Of a stretch of 20,000 bases of DNA, positions 16,260-20,000 are shown piece after piece. Source of the DNA: an uncultured virus (IMG/VR IMGVR_UViG_3300025121_000020) (Duplodnaviria > Heunggongvirae > Uroviricota > Caudoviricetes); IMG/VR virus record IMGVR_UViG_3300025121_000020; one strand, written 5' to 3'. Numbering within the stretch: position 1 is the first letter of the stretch; each line of letters begins with the position of its first letter. A model generated the notes under the pieces. It did no database searches and was not told where the DNA came from. It saw only the letters and a program-made list of their open reading frames with translations. The position numbers were made by a program, and so were the translations under genes.

Positions 16260-17896
16260 CAGACCCTCACGTCGGTTCCGTCGATTGCGTGCAGTACGAT
16301 CGACGCCGTAACGGTGGCGTCTCCATCCGAGGTGACCGAGACGTCGGCGGAAGATACGCGCCTGTCCTGCTCGTAGATCCCACGCAGTCTCTCCGACAGG
16401 ATAGATAGCATCACTTCTTCCGGAAGGTCGTCGTCGACTCCGGCTGACGCGTCTGCTTCGTACTGGCGTAAGTGCGCACCCTGCAAGAGGCAGTCCGTCC
16501 CCTGCACTGTAGCATAGTCGCCGTCAGAATTCACTATCGGAGGATACTGCGGATCCCTTCCCAGCGCTTCGGACCCCACGTGGGATCCAAAAACCGGCAA
16601 ACCGTCGATCTCCTGCGCTCCCCACGAGCGGACGCGCGGGATGCCGACCTCCTGCCCCGGGATCAGCAGCTCATCCGTCGTCCGCCTGTTCAGGCGGACG
16701 ACGTCTTGCCATGTGACACCGTACTGCTGCTCGATCGACGCGGGTGTGTCGCGAGGCGTCGTGGTGTGTACCACGGTGGTTCGGATGTCGGGGGGTCTCC
16801 CTCCCAGCGTTCCTCCCGCTTCGAGGAAGGCGCGCCCTTCCTCGTTGCTCATTCCGTAGAACCGGCACGCGACCTGTTGGAAGGCCAGTGCGTCGATCAG
16901 CTCCCACAGGGACTGCGTCTGCGCGAAGGTGTCTAGGGCGGGGTCGGACACGTCGCGCGACCAGTCCAGGTCTGACACGGTAGTGGCGGGGGCGTGCGCG
17001 TTCGCAGCCAGGTCGTCTGCGATGCCCTTCAGGTCCGCGATCGCCTGTCCCGCCGTTCCGAGCATCTGGGAGAGACCCACGTCTGCGGCGGAGAGCGTAC
17101 CGGCCATCAGCGCCGTGGCAGAGGATACCTGCCCGGCGACGGCTGCGATGGACTCGGCGAGCGCAGATACCCCCATCTCCCCCAGGTCTCCGATAGCGGA
17201 GATCAGGGCAGTGGTCGTGGTACTGGAGATCACAGAGTTGACGCGCTGCCAGACGGGCAAGACGTCCATCAGGAAGGCCAGGAACTTGTCGACTTGAGCG
17301 CCTCCGCGAACCGGTTCCGCGTACGCCTGGAAGGAGATCTGGTACTGGTCGACCCCTACGGCACCGCCACCTCGAGCATTGAAGGTGGAGCTGTAGGTGA
17401 GCTTCCCGATCCGGTGGACATGTGGGGCGTTAAAATCGTATACGTTGCAGTAGGTTACGTCGCGGTCTGGGTCAAAATTCTCCAGTTTCTGACGCAGGAC
17501 GTTCCCTATCGAGATGCTTGTCGGTCCGATCGCGCCCTTCCGCATCACGGCGGCTATGCCGTCCTTCGTGACCGCACTAAAAAGTGCGAACACCTCGTTC
17601 TCCCAGCGGCGCCTGCGCTCTATCCCTGTTCCAGATGTCAATCCCAGCGTCTTCGCCGAGTAGGCGAACGTGCCGCGGATCGTGCAGTTCCACGGTCCCT
17701 CCCCGGCCTTGACGTGCGTAGCGCCTCCGACGGTGCGCTGCACGTCGTCCGACGACGCGACGTTCCAAACGATGGAGTTTGGCGCCACTGCGAGGGGATG
17801 GAGGAGGACGGGGACAGGGATGGCAACGTCGCGTCCGTAGTGGGTTATGGTCCGGAGGACACCCATCTCGAAGAGGATAGGGAGGTCGAATGCCAT
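16259..17896 (-). CDS. Baseplate protein with N-terminal tube-initiator-like region, LysM domain and C-terminal gp25/W-like domain
   Basis: LysM: HTTTPRDTPASIEQQYGVTWQDVVRLN...LIPGQEVGIP. gp25-like: DGDYATVQGTDCLLQG...EQDRRVSSADV. Confidence 0.72.
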   Translation of the reverse strand: MAFDLPILFEMGVLRTITHYGRDVAIPVPVLLHPLAVAPNSIVWNVASSDDVQRTVGGATHVKAGEGPWNCTIRGTFAYSAKTLGLTSGTGIERRRRWENEVFALFSAVTKDGIAAVMRKGAIGPTSISIGNVLRQKLENFDPDRDVTYCNVYDFNAPHVHRIGKLTYSSTFNARGGGAVGVDQYQISFQAYAEPVRGGAQVDKFLAFLMDVLPVWQRVNSVISSTTTTALISAIGDLGEMGVSALAESIAAVAGQVSSATALMAGTLSAADVGLSQMLGTAGQAIADLKGIADDLAANAHAPATTVSDLDWSRDVSDPALDTFAQTQSLWELIDALAFQQVACRFYGMSNEEGRAFLEAGGTLGGRPPDIRTTVVHTTTPRDTPASIEQQYGVTWQDVVRLNRRTTDELLIPGQEVGIPRVRSWGAQEIDGLPVFGSHVGSEALGRDPQYPPIVNSDGDYATVQGTDCLLQGAHLRQYEADASAGVDDDLPEEVMLSILSERLRGIYEQDRRVSSADVSVTSDGDATVTASIVLHAIDGTDVRV

Positions 17897-19125
17897 CAGA
17901 TGCTCCTCAATGCTACGCCCGCCCCGAAAAACACACTACCCGGCTGCGTCCCGTCTGACACCCACCGGAGCCCCAACCGCAGCCAGTCCCCCGCGCCGTC
18001 GACTCCCGACCATGCCGCCGGGGTTGACCAGGTGACGAACGCAGAACCTGCACCTGCAGAGCGTTTGCCGCTTACTTGGAGAGTCGCAGTGTCAGTCGTT
18101 TTAGACGCAAGACCAGTGAAGAGTGCCTTTATTTCGGCGTCTGACGTTGCTCCGGCGTCGTCGATGTCCAGGATTTGGAGCGCCGTGGACGCGATATCAT
18201 AACCCGCGCCCCATGTCGGGTAAATCTCGCCATCAATCGGCGTGCCCATTCCGCGATCATCATAGTATAGCACCCGGAGTTGGTTCGTACCCCCTACACT
18301 ATTGCCGCAGTAGTAGCCTGCGGACATGCCCGTGGTATCTGGTAGCCCGCCTGTGCCCTGATTCGAAACTCCGAGCGTCCATCCACCGATAGGAGGAGTT
18401 GCGCTGAAAGTCGCGTTCTGCCAGCCCCACACGTACCCCCGGGAGTCGATCATAATTCGAAACCAGACACCGTTAGCCGCCGTCGCAGGAGTCACAGTCA
18501 ACATCGGCCCGGTCACGCCTGCGTTGTTTTGCGTCCCGCAAAGGACGTTGGCACCCGAACGCTGAAAAAATGAACGAATGAATTTACCAGTGTCTGCAAT
18601 ACCATGGATCATGATCCCGGAAACATCACCCACCGCCGCGCAGTTCGTCGCGAGTCGAGCTGTGATAAACTGAGTCTTCTGGTTGCAGGGAAACAGCTTT
18701 GTGCGCTTCGGTGCCGTGTATGTCGCAGGATACCAGTCCTTCGCGGCGCCTCCCGTAGGATTGATCGTCACCTGCCCGGGATTACTGGTGTTCTCGTTGG
18801 CGCTTGCGACGTTGGCACTGTTGATGACGTTCCAACCATACTCGGCACCGTCCGCCAGCAGGATGTTTCGCGACTCGTAAAAACCTGTGCGATAGCGAAG
18901 CCCCATCCACCCGTCCACGATCTCGTGTCTGGCTCCCGGTGTGATTGTGTCCGGCCGGATGATGATCGGCTGGCTCCCCCCTCCCCCGCCAAGCTCGTCA
19001 ATCACGCCACGCGCGACAGCGGTCACGAGACCGGCCTTCTCCGCAGTGCGCAGCGTGCCCGTATACCCGCTCACGAGTGATGCCCAATAGGCGTCAATAC
19101 CGTCCCTCAGAGTCTGCCAGCTCAT
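17896..19125 (-). CDS. Virion structural protein / short fibre with putative lectin-like beta-sandwich
   Basis: Start MSWQTLRD (TGGAGG RBS, ATGA overlap at 19122-19125). GGGGGS linker followed by a G/T/N-rich beta region with VWFRIMID. Confidence 0.6.
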   Translation of the reverse strand: MSWQTLRDGIDAYWASLVSGYTGTLRTAEKAGLVTAVARGVIDELGGGGGSQPIIIRPDTITPGARHEIVDGWMGLRYRTGFYESRNILLADGAEYGWNVINSANVASANENTSNPGQVTINPTGGAAKDWYPATYTAPKRTKLFPCNQKTQFITARLATNCAAVGDVSGIMIHGIADTGKFIRSFFQRSGANVLCGTQNNAGVTGPMLTVTPATAANGVWFRIMIDSRGYVWGWQNATFSATPPIGGWTLGVSNQGTGGLPDTTGMSAGYYCGNSVGGTNQLRVLYYDDRGMGTPIDGEIYPTWGAGYDIASTALQILDIDDAGATSDAEIKALFTGLASKTTDTATLQVSGKRSAGAGSAFVTWSTPAAWSGVDGAGDWLRLGLRWVSDGTQPGSVFFGAGVALRSI

Positions 19126-19889
19126 TCGGCCTCCAGATGAGTGGATTTCCACGCACCGGCATTCAGCAGCGCGATCGTCAGCGCGACGTTGACAGCAGGT
19201 GCGCCGAATGCGGCCATGAAGGCCTGTACCTCAGTTAGCGCAGCAGCTAGTGTGGTGTGAAAGCTTACCGCTACCCCGTCCACGATTGCGGCACTGGTGA
19301 CACCGCTCCCGTGTATCGTCGTCTTTCCCCCGTGCGTGATGACCTCTATTGCGTCTGCCTCGATCGTCGTGTATCCCGCCGCACTCAGGGAGAGATCTTC
19401 CGACGTGTTGATAGCCGTAGATCCGCTCGTAGAGATGGTGAACCCTGCCTGTCCGTTCGCGCACAACTCCGCCAGCACTTGCCCGCGCTCGTCACCGGTG
19501 GACGGGTCGATCGATAGGTATTTGAGCGCCACGCGGTCGTCGTCGGTCACATCGTTGTCGAGCCAGTCGTCCTCTGCGACGCGGCACGATGCCATCACGA
19601 CGGGTTTTCCCGCGTATCCGGTCACGTAGTCCACGAAGACGGGCTCGGGGGGAGTTACCCAGGACTTCCCATCCCCGGTTCGTACCCCGGGACGAGGGGT
19701 CAGATTCGATCCGTACGGGCGCGCGACCAGGTAGTACCGGGGGGAGTAGGCGATGGGAGCTCGGCCGTCCCCGCGGGCCACCACGAGCCACACGTCGTCA
19801 CCGCGGCGCTCGAGCCACCCGCGCGCGGGGCCTGTGTAGCCTCCGCGATCAGTGTAGGGGATGGGGGATTCGTAGCCGCGCTCGTCCAT
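19122..19889 (-). CDS. Putative baseplate spike (gpV/gp45-like)
   Basis: PVFVDYVTGYAGKPVVM resembles the end of an OB-fold. Repeating beta-strand segment FTISTSGSTAINTSEDLSLSAAGYTTIEADAIEV. Position upstream of the gp25 and J genes fits. Confidence 0.6.
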   Translation of the reverse strand: MDERGYESPIPYTDRGGYTGPARGWLERRGDDVWLVVARGDGRAPIAYSPRYYLVARPYGSNLTPRPGVRTGDGKSWVTPPEPVFVDYVTGYAGKPVVMASCRVAEDDWLDNDVTDDDRVALKYLSIDPSTGDERGQVLAELCANGQAGFTISTSGSTAINTSEDLSLSAAGYTTIEADAIEVITHGGKTTIHGSGVTSAAIVDGVAVSFHTTLAAALTEVQAFMAAFGAPAVNVALTIALLNAGAWKSTHLEAE

Positions 19890-19893
19890 AGGA

Positions 19894-20000
19894 TCCTAAG
19901 TCGGGAATACTCCTAAGTCGGGAATACTCCTAAGTCGGGAATACTCCTAAGTCGGGAATACTCCTAAGTCGGGAATACTCCTAAGTCGGGAATACTCCTA
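19894..20000. repeat. Perfect 17-bp tandem repeat (TCCTAAGTCGGGAATAC), at least 6.3 copies, truncated by the window edge
   Basis: Directly visible: six identical units plus TCCTA, with no spacers. Confidence 0.97.

Noticed and set aside
16994..18202. 402 aa plus-strand ORF and many other long antisense or alternate-frame ORFs
   Set aside because: Shadow ORFs of GC-rich real genes with no recognisable motifs, and they conflict with the coupled operon structure.
11048..19889. Extracellular contractile injection system or tailocin rather than phage
   Set aside because: It is directly joined to a phage-type replication and nucleotide-metabolism arm, so a phage genome is the simpler reading, although capsid genes are outside the window.
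19894..20000. CRISPR array
   Set aside because: The units are contiguous 17-mers with no spacers, and there are no cas genes in the window.

Overview
GC-rich fragment of a tailed, probably contractile-tail (myovirus-like) phage or prophage with two convergent arms that meet near 10160. The plus arm starts with a ~1 kb leader containing an array of structured non-coding units, including a covarying ~160 nt repeat pair at 344-504 and 960-1117. It then carries two unknown ORFs, a family A DNA polymerase with unusual insertions, a ThyX-like thymidylate synthase fused to an NDT/DUF4406-like domain, a thymidylate kinase, a VRR-NUC nuclease, a 5'-3' exonuclease, a GNAT acetyltransferase, a CHAP-type lysin and a DUF2284-like protein. 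The minus arm is a tightly coupled baseplate/tail operon (spike, lectin-like fibre, LysM+gp25 fusion, baseplate J, wedge protein, BNR-propeller receptor-binding protein) ending in two paralogous Cys-rich exported proteins. A perfect 17-bp tandem repeat runs off the right edge. The best candidates for something new are the structured RNA-like array and the ThyX-NDT/Tmk/PolA nucleotide module. All assignments come from motifs read by eye; no database searches were run.
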